Origin: Gemmatimonadota bacterium
GTDB lineage: Bacteria; Gemmatimonadota; Gemmatimonadetes; Palauibacterales; Palauibacteraceae
Length of the DNA: 64,000 nt
Assembly (NCBI GenBank): GCA_965116475.1
Contig: OZ220691.1
Span: 3,264,001-3,328,000, forward strand
Direction: 5' to 3'
The position numbers and the translations under genes are program-made. The notes beneath the pieces were generated by a model, which made no database searches, was not told the DNA's origin, and was given only the letters and a program-made list of their open reading frames with translations. Positions 30,835 through 40,657 of this stretch are shown one piece after another; the stretch's first letter is position 1; every line of letters starts with the position of its first letter.

Positions 30835-30867
30835 TTGTGGTCGATAACTGGTAGTTATCAACCGCAA
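30835..30867. other. lox-like recombination site L (13-7-13)
   Basis: TTGTGGTCGATAA-CTGGTAG-TTATCAACCGCAA; arms 11/13 dyad; 27 bp (30839-30865) is the exact reverse complement of 31996-32022. Confidence 0.8.
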
Positions 30868-30968
30868 CCCGGTCGCACTTATCGCCTTGTTCCAGAGTCA
30901 CTTATGCAGATTGCGGCACCGGAAAACAGTGAGCGGTCACAACCGCCCGGCCACTGGGCGGTCACGCA

Positions 30969-31927
30969 TGGATGAGCGCCGGTGCGGGGATCCGGAGGCC
31001 GCCGCCGGCCTCCTCGGCGAGTACCTGGCCGCCGCCGCCGACGGCTCGCTGAGCGGCAACACCGTGCGGGCGCTGAGGGGGGACCTTCAGCGGTTCGCGG
31101 CGTGGTGCGCGGAACGGGATCTCTGTCCGCTGCCCGCGCGCGCGGGGACGGTCGTGGCCTACATCGAAGAGGTGTCGGGCGACCGCGCGCCCGCCACCGT
31201 GAGGCGCCATGTCTCGAGCATCGCCGCCGTGCACAAGGCGGCCGGGGAGCGGAGCCCTTCGGAGCATGCCGCGGTGCGGCGCGCCCTCACGCGGATGCGG
31301 CGGCGGAAAGGGTCCCGGCAGACGCAGGCGCTGGGCCTGACCTGGACGCTCCGCCGGCGCCTGATCGAGGGCGGGGGCTCCCGACTCATCGACGTCCGCA
31401 ACCGCGCGATCCTGGCCGTGGCCTACGACGCCATGCTGCGCCGCTCCGAGCTCGTCGCGCTCGAAGTCGTTGATGTGAAGGTGGATAGGGGAGGATCGGC
31501 CTCCGTCCTCGTGCGCCGGGCGAAGAACGATCCGGAGGGCGGCGGGGCGGTGCTGTACCTACACCGCGACACCGTGAGGATGCTCAGGGAGTGGCTCGGC
31601 GCGAGCGGGGTCGGCAACGGGCCGCTCTTCCGCGCGGTGCGCAAGGACGGGCGCGTCGGCGCGGCTCTCCATCCGGGCCAGGTGCCGCGCATCTACAAGG
31701 CCATGGCCCGGCACGCCGGGCTTCCGCCGGAGGTGGTGCGCCGGCTCTCCGGGCACAGCCCGCGGGTAGGCGCGGCGCAGGACATGATCGCCTCGGGCAT
31801 CGAGCTGCCGGCGATCATGCAGGCCGGGCGCTGGAGGAACGTCCGCATGGTCCAGCGCTACGGCGAGCGCCTGCTCGCGAAGCGCAACGGAGCCGCCCAG
31901 CTGGCCCGGCTCCAGAAGCGCCGCTAG
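30969..31927 (+). CDS. Cre-like tyrosine recombinase
   Basis: N-terminal core-binding domain (NT.RA...L..F..WC); catalytic R (MLRRSE), K (RAKND), HxxR (SGHSPRVGAA), W (GRW), Y (VQRY). C-terminus parallels Cre SGHSARVGAARDM..IMQAGGW. Confidence 0.93.
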
Positions 31928-31993
31928 AGATACGCCGGGCACGGATATTTTGGACGGATGACTCCGGCGGGTTATCGTTGCCACCGGGTACGA

Positions 31994-32026
31994 TAGCGGT
32001 TGATAACTACCAGTTATCGACCTCTA
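31994..32026. other. lox-like recombination site R (13-7-13), inverted relative to L
   Basis: TAGCGGTTGATAA-CTACCAG-TTATCGACCTCTA; arms 11/13 dyad; spacer is the reverse complement of the site L spacer. Confidence 0.8.
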
Positions 32027-32093
32027 TTTTTTCAAGATACGCGCTATTTAGTGAGCGGACTGTGACCCATCGGACGGAGCTCGTGGCCCGTTC

Positions 32094-32122
32094 GTGACTT
32101 TTCCCGCAAATCGCGCTATCCT
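32094..32122 (+). promoter_or_regulatory. Possible sigma70 promoter for the hybrid regulator
   Basis: GTGACT-17 bp-TATCCT, ~95 bp upstream of GGAG-TTG at 32216. Confidence 0.35.
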
Positions 32123-32215
32123 CCACTCCCCCCGGTCCGGCGAACCCTCGCCCGACCGACCGGCCGGAGCCTGGCTTTGCGGCTCCGCCTCACCTCTTGG
32201 CAAGCGAGTGGAGCC

Positions 32216-34573
32216 TTGGGCGATTCGGACCCTGCGGCACGCGATGGCGGAGCGTCCTGGGACCGCGCATCGCGGCTGAGCGCGGCGATCCTGCGCATCA
32301 GCCGGAGCCTCGACCTGGGCACCGTGCTCGAGGAGGTGGTCGAGAGCGCGCGGACTCTGACGGGAGCCCGCATCGGCGTGATCACGATGATCGACTCCTC
32401 GGGCCGGGTCGAGGACTTCGTCATCTCCGGCCCGGCGCCGGAGGAGCGCCGGAAGATGGTGGAGTGGCCCGACGGGCCGCGGCTGTTCGCACTCCTTCGC
32501 GACCTACCGGGGCCGGTGCGGGTGGCGGAGGTGGACGACTACCTGCGCGCGCTCGGCCTGTCGCCGAACCCCTGGGGCTCGAAGACGATGCAGGCCACAC
32601 CGATGCACCGGCACGGCGAGCACCTGGGAAGCTTCTTTCTGGCCGACAAGGAGGACGGGCAGGCGTTCACGAGCGCCGACGAGGAGATCCTGGTGCTGTT
32701 CGCCTCGCAGGCCGCCGCGGCGATCGCGAACGCACGGACGCACCGCGGCGTCGCGCGGGCGCGGGCCGACCTCGAGGCCCTGGTCGAGACGTCGCCGGTG
32801 GGCGTGCTGGTGTTCGAGGCCGGCACCGGCCGCATGATGTCGGTCAACCGCGCGGCCGAGCGCATCGTCGAGCCGATCCGCACTCCGGGCTCCCCCCCGG
32901 AGCAGCTGCTGGGGGTGTTGACGTGCCGGCGTGCCGACGGGCGGGAGTTCTCGCTGGCGAAACTCCCCATCGCCCGGCAGTTCGAGATCGACGGCGCCTC
33001 GCCGGTGCGCGCCGAGGAGGTCGAGCTGTCGGTGCCGGACGGGCGGAGCGTGCGGACGCTCCTCAACGCGACCCCGATCGTATCGGAGTCCGGCGAGCTC
33101 GTCTCGATCGTCGTCACCATGCAGGACCTCGAGCCGCTCGAGGAGCTGGAGCGGCAGCGGGCCGAGTTCCTCGGCATGGTGAGTCATGAGCTGCGCGCGC
33201 CGCTCACCTCGATCAAGGGCTCGGCCGCGACCGTGCTCGACGCCGAGCCGCTCCCCTCGCAGGCCGAGATGGTGCAGTTCTTCCGCATCATCGGCGGGCA
33301 GGCCGACCACATGAGGGGCCTGATCGCGGATCTGCTGGACGCGGGGAGCATCGCGGCGGGCACGCTCACCGTGCAGCCCGAGCCCTCGCACGTCGGCACG
33401 CTGCTGGACCGGGCCCGCAACACGTTCCTGAGCGGCGGAGGCCGGCAGGCCGTCCTGATCGACCTGCCGCCCGACCTGCCGCCGGCGATGGCCGACCGCG
33501 AGCGCTTCGTGCAGGTCTTGAACAACCTGCTGTCCAACGCCGCCCGGCACTCGCCTCCGACGTCGGAGATCCGCATCGAGGCCTCGCGCGAGGGCACCTG
33601 CGTCGCGGTCTCGGTCTCCGACCAGGGCCGGGGGATCCCGCCCGACCGGATTCCGCACCTCTTCCGCAAGCGCGCCAGCCCGGCGGAAGGCACCGGGCTC
33701 GGCCTCGCCATCTGCAAGGGACTCGTCGAGGCGCACGGCGGCCGCATCCGCGCCGAGAGCGGCGGGAGGGGCCGCGGCGCCCGCTTCACGTTCACGCTTC
33801 CCGCGGCCACCGACGCCCCGCCCGAGACGGGCGCGGACGCCGAGCCGCCCCACCGCCAGGGGTGCAAGACGCGCATCCTGGTGGTGGACGACGACCCGCA
33901 CACGCTGCGCTACGTGCGCGACACGCTCTCCGACGCCGGCTACGCCCCGGTCGTGACCGGCGAGCCCGACGAGATCTCGCGCATCATCCGCGCCGAGCGG
34001 CCCGACCTCGTGCTGCTCGACCTCATCCTCCCCGAAACCGACGGAATCGAGTTGATGAACAACGTCCCCGCGCTCGCCGACCTCCCGGTCATCTTCATCT
34101 CCGGCTACGGCCGCGACGAGACGATCGTCAAGGCGCTCGCGAGCGGCGCCGCCGACTACATCGTCAAGCCGTTCTCGCCGACCGAACTCGTCGCCCGCGT
34201 ACAGGCGGCGCTCCGCGCCCGCGCACGGCCCGAGACCTTCGCGCACGGACAACTGGTCGTCGACTACGGCCAGCGCCGCGTGAGCGTGGCCGGCCGCGAG
34301 GTCAGGCTCACCGCCAACGAGTTCGAACTGCTGCGCGTCCTGTCGGCCGGCGGCGGACGGCTCGTGACCACCGAGGCGCTGCTGCGGCAGGTGTGGGGAC
34401 GCCGGGGCTCCGACGACACCGACCGCGTCCGCACCGCCATCAAGAAGCTCCGCCGCAAGCTCGGCGACCGCGCGGCCGAACCGACCTACATCTTCAACGA
34501 GCGCGGCGTCGGCTACCGCTTCGCGAGGCCGGGACCGGTCGCATCCGCCGGGCATCCGCCGCGGCAGCGATAG
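32216..34573 (+). CDS. Single-chain hybrid regulator GAF-PAS-HisKA-HATPase-REC-OmpR-type wHTH
   Basis: GAF (FT..DEEIL.LFASQAA), PAS (LVETSPVGV), SHELRAPL, NLLSNA..D.GRG..GTGLGL, VVDDD..LLD..KPF, LT..EFELL..LRRKL...RGVGYR. No TM segment; TTG start after GGAG. Confidence 0.92.
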   Translation: MGDSDPAARDGGASWDRASRLSAAILRISRSLDLGTVLEEVVESARTLTGARIGVITMIDSSGRVEDFVISGPAPEERRKMVEWPDGPRLFALLRDLPGPVRVAEVDDYLRALGLSPNPWGSKTMQATPMHRHGEHLGSFFLADKEDGQAFTSADEEILVLFASQAAAAIANARTHRGVARARADLEALVETSPVGVLVFEAGTGRMMSVNRAAERIVEPIRTPGSPPEQLLGVLTCRRADGREFSLAKLPIARQFEIDGASPVRAEEVELSVPDGRSVRTLLNATPIVSESGELVSIVVTMQDLEPLEELERQRAEFLGMVSHELRAPLTSIKGSAATVLDAEPLPSQAEMVQFFRIIGGQADHMRGLIADLLDAGSIAAGTLTVQPEPSHVGTLLDRARNTFLSGGGRQAVLIDLPPDLPPAMADRERFVQVLNNLLSNAARHSPPTSEIRIEASREGTCVAVSVSDQGRGIPPDRIPHLFRKRASPAEGTGLGLAICKGLVEAHGGRIRAESGGRGRGARFTFTLPAATDAPPETGADAEPPHRQGCKTRILVVDDDPHTLRYVRDTLSDAGYAPVVTGEPDEISRIIRAERPDLVLLDLILPETDGIELMNNVPALADLPVIFISGYGRDETIVKALASGAADYIVKPFSPTELVARVQAALRARARPETFAHGQLVVDYGQRRVSVAGREVRLTANEFELLRVLSAGGGRLVTTEALLRQVWGRRGSDDTDRVRTAIKKLRRKLGDRAAEPTYIFNERGVGYRFARPGPVASAGHPPRQR

Positions 34574-34582
34574 CACCGGCCC

Positions 34583-34646
34583 GTGTGGTTGTGCCCGAAG
34601 TGCGGCGCGAAGTTCGTCCACAAGAACCCGTGGCACTCCTGTGGGC
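34583..34646 (+). pseudogene. Truncated N-terminus of a small Zn-ribbon (DUF5655-like) protein
   Basis: MWLCPKCGAKFVHKNPWHSCG starts 10 bp after the regulator stop; resemblance ends abruptly. Confidence 0.45.
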
Positions 34647-34696
34647 GGGGTTGCGCGCCCTGCGGGCCTTGCGGTTTCGTACCTGCTCCCCGACCG

Positions 34697-34915
34697 TCAC
34701 GACGGCCGGTGAATCGCGATCACCGTCTCCACGGCTTCGGCGAACGTGGGGATGCCGCCCGAGCGGGGATCGCGCCCCTGAGCAACCGTCCGGCGGTTCT
34801 TCAATGCCTTCTCCCGGGCCTCCGCCAGCGTCACGACCGGGTACGCGCCGAGCCCGACGTTGACGGGGTGGCCGTGGATCCGCAGTCTTTGGCTCCACGT
34901 TCTTGGACAAGCGCC
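34697..34915 (-). pseudogene. Fragment of a P4-type integrase Arm DNA-binding domain
   Basis: TWSQRLRIHGHPVNVGLGAYPVVTLAEAREKALKNRRTVAQGRDPR...PTFAEAVE; ends in TGA, no catalytic domain. Confidence 0.85.
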
Positions 34916-35434
34916 GTCGTGAAGTTCAGTCGGATGGACGTTGAGACGATCAAGATGTTCCCCGCCGACGGGACACCGGGATTCGTCGTCGAGATGATAG
35001 GGCGGGGCCGACGAGCGTCCTTCGCCGGGGACGATGCCCGTCGTGTCGCCTCGGTGATCCTGCCGAAACTGAACCGGAACGGCGGGACGCGCCGGGCCGT
35101 TGAGGCCGCCGTAGCCGAAATCGAGACCCGGGGGCACCCGGAACGCTACCTGGCTCATGCCGTGCCGGATCACGCGAGTCGCAACAAGCGAGATGTTTCC
35201 GGTTACGTGAGGAACATGCCGAAGCCGACGCGGCTCGCCCTGGAGATGGCGCTGCACGAGGAGCAGGAACGCCGCGCGCTCGAAGGCGAGTTGTGGGTGT
35301 TGGAGCAGGCGTGGCGCGAGGCGGAGGAGATCGCGGCGATCGCGGACCGCCTGCTGCTCCCGGCCGGTACGGACGCCTTCTTCGAGAAGTACGGCGCCGA
35401 TCCGGAATCCGGGTCGAAGGTGCGGGATGTCTGA
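34916..35434 (+). pseudogene. C-terminal half of a hypothetical protein, 5' part lost
   Basis: RLALEMALHEEQERRALEGEL..LE.AWREAEEIAAIADRLLLP; stop overlaps the next start; upstream DNA is antisense integrase sequence. Confidence 0.55.
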
Positions 35435-37196
35435 CGCGCGGGCGGGGCTCCAGCGCCGGGTCTCGCTGGAGACGCCGGAGCACGTCAAGCTTGAGTATCA
35501 GCTTGCGGATCTGGGGTCGCGCGCGGCGGCGCTCGCCGTCGATCTGGTCATCATCGTGGCGGCCCTCCTTCTCGTGGCGCTGGTGCTCAGGTACACGGGC
35601 GGGTTCGGACAGGCCGTGCTCTACATCGTCGGCTTTTTCGCGATGTGGGGATATTTCCTCTTCTTCGAATCGGTGTGGGACGGACGCACGCCGGGGAAGC
35701 GGGCGCTGGGGCTGCGGGTGCTGCACGACGGCGGGGAGCCGCTCTCCTTCCAGGGGTCGGTGCTCCGCAACCTGATCCGGATCGTGGATCTGCAGCCGGG
35801 GTTTGCGGGGATGGCCGGGGCCGCGTCGATCCTGCTCAACCGCCGGGCGCAGCGCCTCGGCGACCTGGTCGCCGGCACGATCGTGGTCCGGGACACGGGG
35901 GGCGGCGAGTTGTTCGGGGATGAGCCGCGGACGACCGGCCGCGCGGGGCGCCCGCGACTCTCCGTCGAACAGTTCGCGCTCGTGTCGGGGTACGTCGCGC
36001 GCCGCGCCGGGCTCGAACCGGACGTCCGGCGCCGGGTGGCGGCCTCGGTCTGGGATGCGGTGGGAGCGGCGGTGGACCGGGAGGGCCTCGGCGGTCTGGA
36101 CCCGCAGGCGACTCCCGATACGCGCCTCGTCCGGCTGCACGACGAAGAGGCCCCGAGACACGCGGCGCGACAGGGCGGGGCGAGCCTGCAGGCCGCATCG
36201 ATGGCCCGCGAGCGGCGCGAGGCGTGGACCGCGTATACGGACCTCGTGGAGAAGGGGCGCGCCGCCGGGCTGGACCGGTTCAGCGAAGAGGAGGTGCGTG
36301 CGTTCGGGCGGCTGTACCGCGGCGTGACGGCGGACCTGGCCCGCGCGCGAACCTATGGCGCCTCGCCGGGGCTGCTGGAGGCGGTGGAACGGTGGGCCGG
36401 AGCGGGGCACAACCTCCTGTACCGGTCGAAGGGGAGGGCGGCGGTTCCCCTGGGCCGGTGGATCGCGCGCGAACTGCCGCGGGCGGTACGGCGCCACCAC
36501 CGGCCGGTGCTGCTGGCGGCCCTGCTTCTCTTCGGCCCCATGCTGGCGTCGTATGCGGCCGTCCGGGATCTTCCGGCGCGTGCGCGCGCGATCATGCCGG
36601 CCGAGATGCTGGCGAGAGCCGAGAGCACCGCCCGTGGGGATATCAACGCCTCCTACATCGAAGTCGACGGCGCCGGCCGGCCGGCCCTCTCCTCGTTCCT
36701 CGTGACGAACAACGTGCGCGTGAGCTTTCTCGCGTTCGCGGGTGGGCTGCTCGCCGGCGCGGGCACCGTGCTGATCCTCGTCTTCAATGGAGTAATGCTC
36801 GGGGCCGGGTTCGGTCTGTATGCGAACAACGACGTGCTGGGGGTGATCCTCGCCTTCGTCTTCCCGCACGGCGTGATGGAACTCACGGCCATCTGCCTGG
36901 CCGGCGGGGCGGGACTGGGGCTCGGGTCGGCGCTCCTCGTGCCCGGACGGCGCACGCGTCGGGAGGCGTTGCGGGAGCGGGGCCGCGCCTTCCTCTCGCT
37001 CGTCGGCGGGTCGGTGTTCCTGCTGGTCGTGGCCGGTCTGGTGGAGGGGTTCTATTCCCCGTCCGGGCTTCCCGCCGTGGCGAAATTCGCCTTCGGCGGC
37101 GTCACCGCGCTCCTGCTCGCGGCGTACTTCGGATTCGCCGGCCGCGGTTCCGAGGACGACCCGCGCGGGAAGGTCAGAGCAGCCCCCGCTCCTTGA
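35427..37196 (+). CDS. RDD-domain + SpoIIM (DUF95) fusion membrane protein
   Basis: ETPE.V.L...LA.LGSR, G.TPGKR, QRLGDLVAGT.VV; NNVRVSFLAF, PHG..EL.AI, AGLVEGF. Confidence 0.88.
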   Translation: MSDARAGLQRRVSLETPEHVKLEYQLADLGSRAAALAVDLVIIVAALLLVALVLRYTGGFGQAVLYIVGFFAMWGYFLFFESVWDGRTPGKRALGLRVLHDGGEPLSFQGSVLRNLIRIVDLQPGFAGMAGAASILLNRRAQRLGDLVAGTIVVRDTGGGELFGDEPRTTGRAGRPRLSVEQFALVSGYVARRAGLEPDVRRRVAASVWDAVGAAVDREGLGGLDPQATPDTRLVRLHDEEAPRHAARQGGASLQAASMARERREAWTAYTDLVEKGRAAGLDRFSEEEVRAFGRLYRGVTADLARARTYGASPGLLEAVERWAGAGHNLLYRSKGRAAVPLGRWIARELPRAVRRHHRPVLLAALLLFGPMLASYAAVRDLPARARAIMPAEMLARAESTARGDINASYIEVDGAGRPALSSFLVTNNVRVSFLAFAGGLLAGAGTVLILVFNGVMLGAGFGLYANNDVLGVILAFVFPHGVMELTAICLAGGAGLGLGSALLVPGRRTRREALRERGRAFLSLVGGSVFLLVVAGLVEGFYSPSGLPAVAKFAFGGVTALLLAAYFGFAGRGSEDDPRGKVRAAPAP

Positions 37197-38481
37197 TCTC
37201 GACGTACTTGTCCAGGGTGCGCACGAGCGCATCGCCGGGCGGCGTGTCCACGACGAGGATCCCGGACTGGCGCATGACCTGAAGCGTCGTGGCGCGCGCC
37301 TGCACGAGCTCCTCGGCGGCGGCGCGATGGAAGGCCGCGGCCTCATCCGCGGCGGGCCGCGCCGCGGCCGCTTCGAGCGCCGGGTTGCGGATGGCGACGG
37401 CGAGCGGAAGGTGCGCCCGCCCGATGCGGGCGAGCGAGGTCACGAGCGCCTGCGAGACGGCCTCGTCGATCACATCGCAGAAGAGGATGACGAGCGACCG
37501 CTTGCGGAACGTCCGGCCCAGCGTCGCAAGCGCGAGCGGGTAGTTGGGCTCGACCGGCCGGGTCTCCACGCCGGCGAAGATGCGGGCCAGCGCGGCCGGA
37601 TCGGACCGGCGGGGCGGCGAGAGATGCCGGATCTCGTCGTCGAACACCACGGTTCCGACGCGGTCCCCGAAGCTGCGCGCGCGGTTGGCGAGCATCATGC
37701 CCGCCGCCAGCGCGAAATCCACCCGCTCCCGGTCCCCGAGCCGCTCGCGCATGTGGCGGCCCGCATCGATCGCGAGGACGACGTTCTGGCTGCGTTCCGC
37801 CTCGTAGTTGCGGACGACGAAACGCTGGCGCCTGGCCGACGCCTTCCAGTCGACGATGCGGGGGTCGTCCCCCTCGGCGTAATCGCGCAGGCTCTCGAAC
37901 TCGCGGCCGTCGCCCCACTGCCGGCTGCGGCGCGAACCGGCCGTGCGGAGGCCGCGCCGGAGCGCGTGGCCGCTGCGGTCGCGCAGCAGGCTCCGGATTC
38001 CCGGCTGCACCTGCAGCGTGTGCGCCGCGTCCACGGTGGAACGCCGCCACGCGAACCCCCACGGCGAGCGGGTACGGAGGTGGATCGCGCCCATGGCGAG
38101 GAACCCGCGCACGCGGGGCCGCACCCTGTAGCGGGTGCGCACGACGGCCGCCGGGGGGATGTCCAGCCGCACGCCCGCCTCCCACGCTTCGGCGCCATCG
38201 CGTCCGGGCAGGCGGCGGAGGGACGGATCGAGGTCGTCCGTGAGGAGGATGGAGAGCCGACGGTTCGTCGGGTTCCGCAACTCGATCCCCACGTCGGCGA
38301 TCTCCCCGAGCGCCGCGATGCGCGGTGCCGTCCGGGAGGCCGACGGAGACCGCGTCCGCCGGCCGTCGACCCAGGCGAGGAGGAGGATGGCCGCATCCGC
38401 CGCCAGTGCGCCCGCCGCCGAGAACAGAAAGACGAACGACGTCAGCCCCAGCAACCACAACGTCCGCCCGCTCGGGATCAC
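37174..38481 (-). CDS. DUF58 (vWA-like) protein
   Basis: EFESLRDY..GDDPR.VDWKASAR, VRNYEAERSQ, IDAGRHM. Confidence 0.9.
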   Translation of the reverse strand: MIPSGRTLWLLGLTSFVFLFSAAGALAADAAILLLAWVDGRRTRSPSASRTAPRIAALGEIADVGIELRNPTNRRLSILLTDDLDPSLRRLPGRDGAEAWEAGVRLDIPPAAVVRTRYRVRPRVRGFLAMGAIHLRTRSPWGFAWRRSTVDAAHTLQVQPGIRSLLRDRSGHALRRGLRTAGSRRSRQWGDGREFESLRDYAEGDDPRIVDWKASARRQRFVVRNYEAERSQNVVLAIDAGRHMRERLGDRERVDFALAAGMMLANRARSFGDRVGTVVFDDEIRHLSPPRRSDPAALARIFAGVETRPVEPNYPLALATLGRTFRKRSLVILFCDVIDEAVSQALVTSLARIGRAHLPLAVAIRNPALEAAAARPAADEAAAFHRAAAEELVQARATTLQVMRQSGILVVDTPPGDALVRTLDKYVEIKERGLL

Positions 38482-38492
38482 GGCGATGCGGA

Positions 38493-39440
38493 CTATCGGG
38501 GCGCCTCCAGCGTCTCGAGGAGCGCACGCAGTTCGTCGTCGGAAGAGCGTCCTTCGACCTCCGCCTCGGCGGTCAGCACGACGCGATGCCGAAGCACGGG
38601 GAACGAGAGCGACTTCACGTCGTCCGGCGTGACGAAGTCCCGGCCGTGCAGAAACGCCTCCGCCCTCGCGGCCTGGAAGAGGGCCACGCCCGCGCGCGGA
38701 CTCGCCCCGAGCGCGAACGCCCGGTCGTGCCGCGTCGCTCGCACGATCCCGGTCACGTAGCGCCGGACCCTTTCGTCCACGTGGACGCCGTTCACCGCCT
38801 CGCGCGCCGCCAGGAGTGCCTCGCGCGTCAGCGGTGCGCCCATCGGATACGTAGCCTCGTCGTCCGCGCGGAACCCCGCCTCATGGCGGTCGAGGATCGC
38901 CCGCTCCGCCTCCTCCGGCGGATAGTCGATCACGACCTTCATCAGGAAGCGGTCGACCTGCGCTTCGGGCAGGGGATAGGTCCCCTCGTACTCGACCGGG
39001 TTCTGGGTCGCGAAGACGGTGAACGGCGCGGGCAGGGCGCGCGTGGCGCCGTCCACGGTGACCTGGCGCTCCTCCATGGCCTCCAGCAGCGCCGCCTGCG
39101 TCTTGGGCGGCGCGCGGTTGATCTCGTCGGCGAGGAGGAGGTCGGTGAACACGGGACCGGGCCGGTAGCGGAAGTTCCGCTGCGTCTCGTCCAGCACGCT
39201 CACGCCGACGAGATCCGTGGGCATGAGATCGGGCGTGAACTGGACGCGGCCGAAGTCGAGCCCCAGCCCGCGGGCGAGGGCACGGACGGAGAGCGTCTTG
39301 GCCGTCCCCGGCACGCCCTCGAGCAGCGCGTGGCCACGGGCGAGGAGGGTGACCATGAGCTGCCTGAGGACGGTCTCCTGGCCCAGGATCACCTTCTCGA
39401 TGTCGCCCAGCAGACGCAGCGCCGCGTCGTGCGTGGTCAT
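38493..39440 (-). CDS. MoxR family AAA+ ATPase
   Basis: [66 protein letters not shown]. Confidence 0.95.
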   Translation of the reverse strand: MTTHDAALRLLGDIEKVILGQETVLRQLMVTLLARGHALLEGVPGTAKTLSVRALARGLGLDFGRVQFTPDLMPTDLVGVSVLDETQRNFRYRPGPVFTDLLLADEINRAPPKTQAALLEAMEERQVTVDGATRALPAPFTVFATQNPVEYEGTYPLPEAQVDRFLMKVVIDYPPEEAERAILDRHEAGFRADDEATYPMGAPLTREALLAAREAVNGVHVDERVRRYVTGIVRATRHDRAFALGASPRAGVALFQAARAEAFLHGRDFVTPDDVKSLSFPVLRHRVVLTAEAEVEGRSSDDELRALLETLEAPR

Positions 39441-40657
39441 GGCTCCGCCCTTCGTCCGAGGTGGTCGTCGATGCCGGCGGCGACCATCGTCAGGTCCACC
39501 GGATCGGCGCGCAAGCCGCGTCGAATCCGATCCAGCGCGGGCTGCTCCCCCCGCCGCGCCTCCAGCTCCCGGATCAGCGCCCGCGCCTCGGGGACGTCCC
39601 TCGGCGGCGGCTGCCGGACGCTGCGGGCCAGCGGCGCCATGAGGAGGAGGGCGCCCGTCCGCCGGGCGCGCGCCTTCTCGTACAGGTCGCCGAGCGCGGA
39701 GACGTGTTCGAGCGGCGACCTCCGTTCGCGGTCCTGCGGCGCGACCGCCGTCGTCGGGGCGCCGAAGCGCAGCCCCGCGCACGCGAGCGCGACGAACGCG
39801 GCGAGGAGGAGTTGAAGGAGCGTTCGCCCCTGTGCCGTGCCGAGGACGAACCCCGCCCAGCGCCTCGCCGTGCTCTCGTAGCCGCGGATGCCCTGGTGGA
39901 ACTCGGCGAAGAAGATCGTGTCGGCGGGCGTCGTGTGGCTGAGTACGGCCCGCATCACGACGAGCGCCAGCGGGTCGTCGGCGATGCGACCGTTCGAGAG
40001 CGGCTCGGCGTCGCTCAGGACGAGGATGTGTCCCTCCCCGAAGGGCATGAGCCCGGCGCCGGTCCACCGCGGGACCTCGCTCCCCCCCACGGTGAGCAGC
40101 GTTTCCACGGGGGGGACGGATCGCGCGCCTCCGCCGAGTTCACGCGACCTCATCCGCCGGAGCGCGCGGCGCGGCGCCATCGGCGCCGGCAGACCGTCGG
40201 TCAGCGAGTGGGCGGCCCACTCCGGCTGCTCCATGTCGCCCGGCCGCGGCACGCGGAACGCGATGCCCAGGGAATCCATCAGCGGCGTGATCCTCAGCGC
40301 GCTGGCAATGGCCGGAAAAAGTCGCGGCGCGTACACGAGGGTGCCTCCGCGGCGCACGCGCTCGAGGAGAGCCCCGACCTCGACGGGGCTCGGTACGACG
40401 GCGGGCGAGAGCAGCACGAGCGCCCCCGGCACCGGATCGGCGTCGGCCAGCGGCGTGAGCCGTGGCGCGGTCGCGCGGCCGAATCGCTCCAGCCCGCGAG
40501 CGAGCGCGGCCACTCCGTCCGGCGTCGTGCGGAAGGAGCTCCGATTCACGTCGAGCGCCGTGCGTCCCGCCGGCCGGGCGAGGTACGCGGCGAATCCCGC
40601 CCCCAGGGCGATCGCGCCGACCCAGGCGAACGTCCTCCACCTGCGGCGCCCGCTCAC
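39437..40657 (-). CDS. DUF4350-type membrane protein
   Basis: N-terminal [30 protein letters not shown]; coupled to MoxR. Confidence 0.75.
   Translation of the reverse strand: MSGRRRWRTFAWVGAIALGAGFAAYLARPAGRTALDVNRSSFRTTPDGVAALARGLERFGRATAPRLTPLADADPVPGALVLLSPAVVPSPVEVGALLERVRRGGTLVYAPRLFPAIASALRITPLMDSLGIAFRVPRPGDMEQPEWAAHSLTDGLPAPMAPRRALRRMRSRELGGGARSVPPVETLLTVGGSEVPRWTGAGLMPFGEGHILVLSDAEPLSNGRIADDPLALVVMRAVLSHTTPADTIFFAEFHQGIRGYESTARRWAGFVLGTAQGRTLLQLLLAAFVALACAGLRFGAPTTAVAPQDRERRSPLEHVSALGDLYEKARARRTGALLLMAPLARSVRQPPPRDVPEARALIRELEARRGEQPALDRIRRGLRADPVDLTMVAAGIDDHLGRRAEP

Larger units (their letters stand above)
20830..34915. mobile_element. Degenerate genomic island (adhesin + Cre-like recombinase + hybrid regulator)
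   Basis: GC drop and att-like motifs at the left edge; Arm-domain integrase remnant and truncated genes at the right edge; accessory cargo between. Confidence 0.55.

Noticed and set aside
30835..32026. Reading the inverted sites as IS terminal inverted repeats
   Set aside because: The enclosed gene is a tyrosine recombinase rather than a DDE transposase, the sites are internally dyadic, and no target duplication flanks them.
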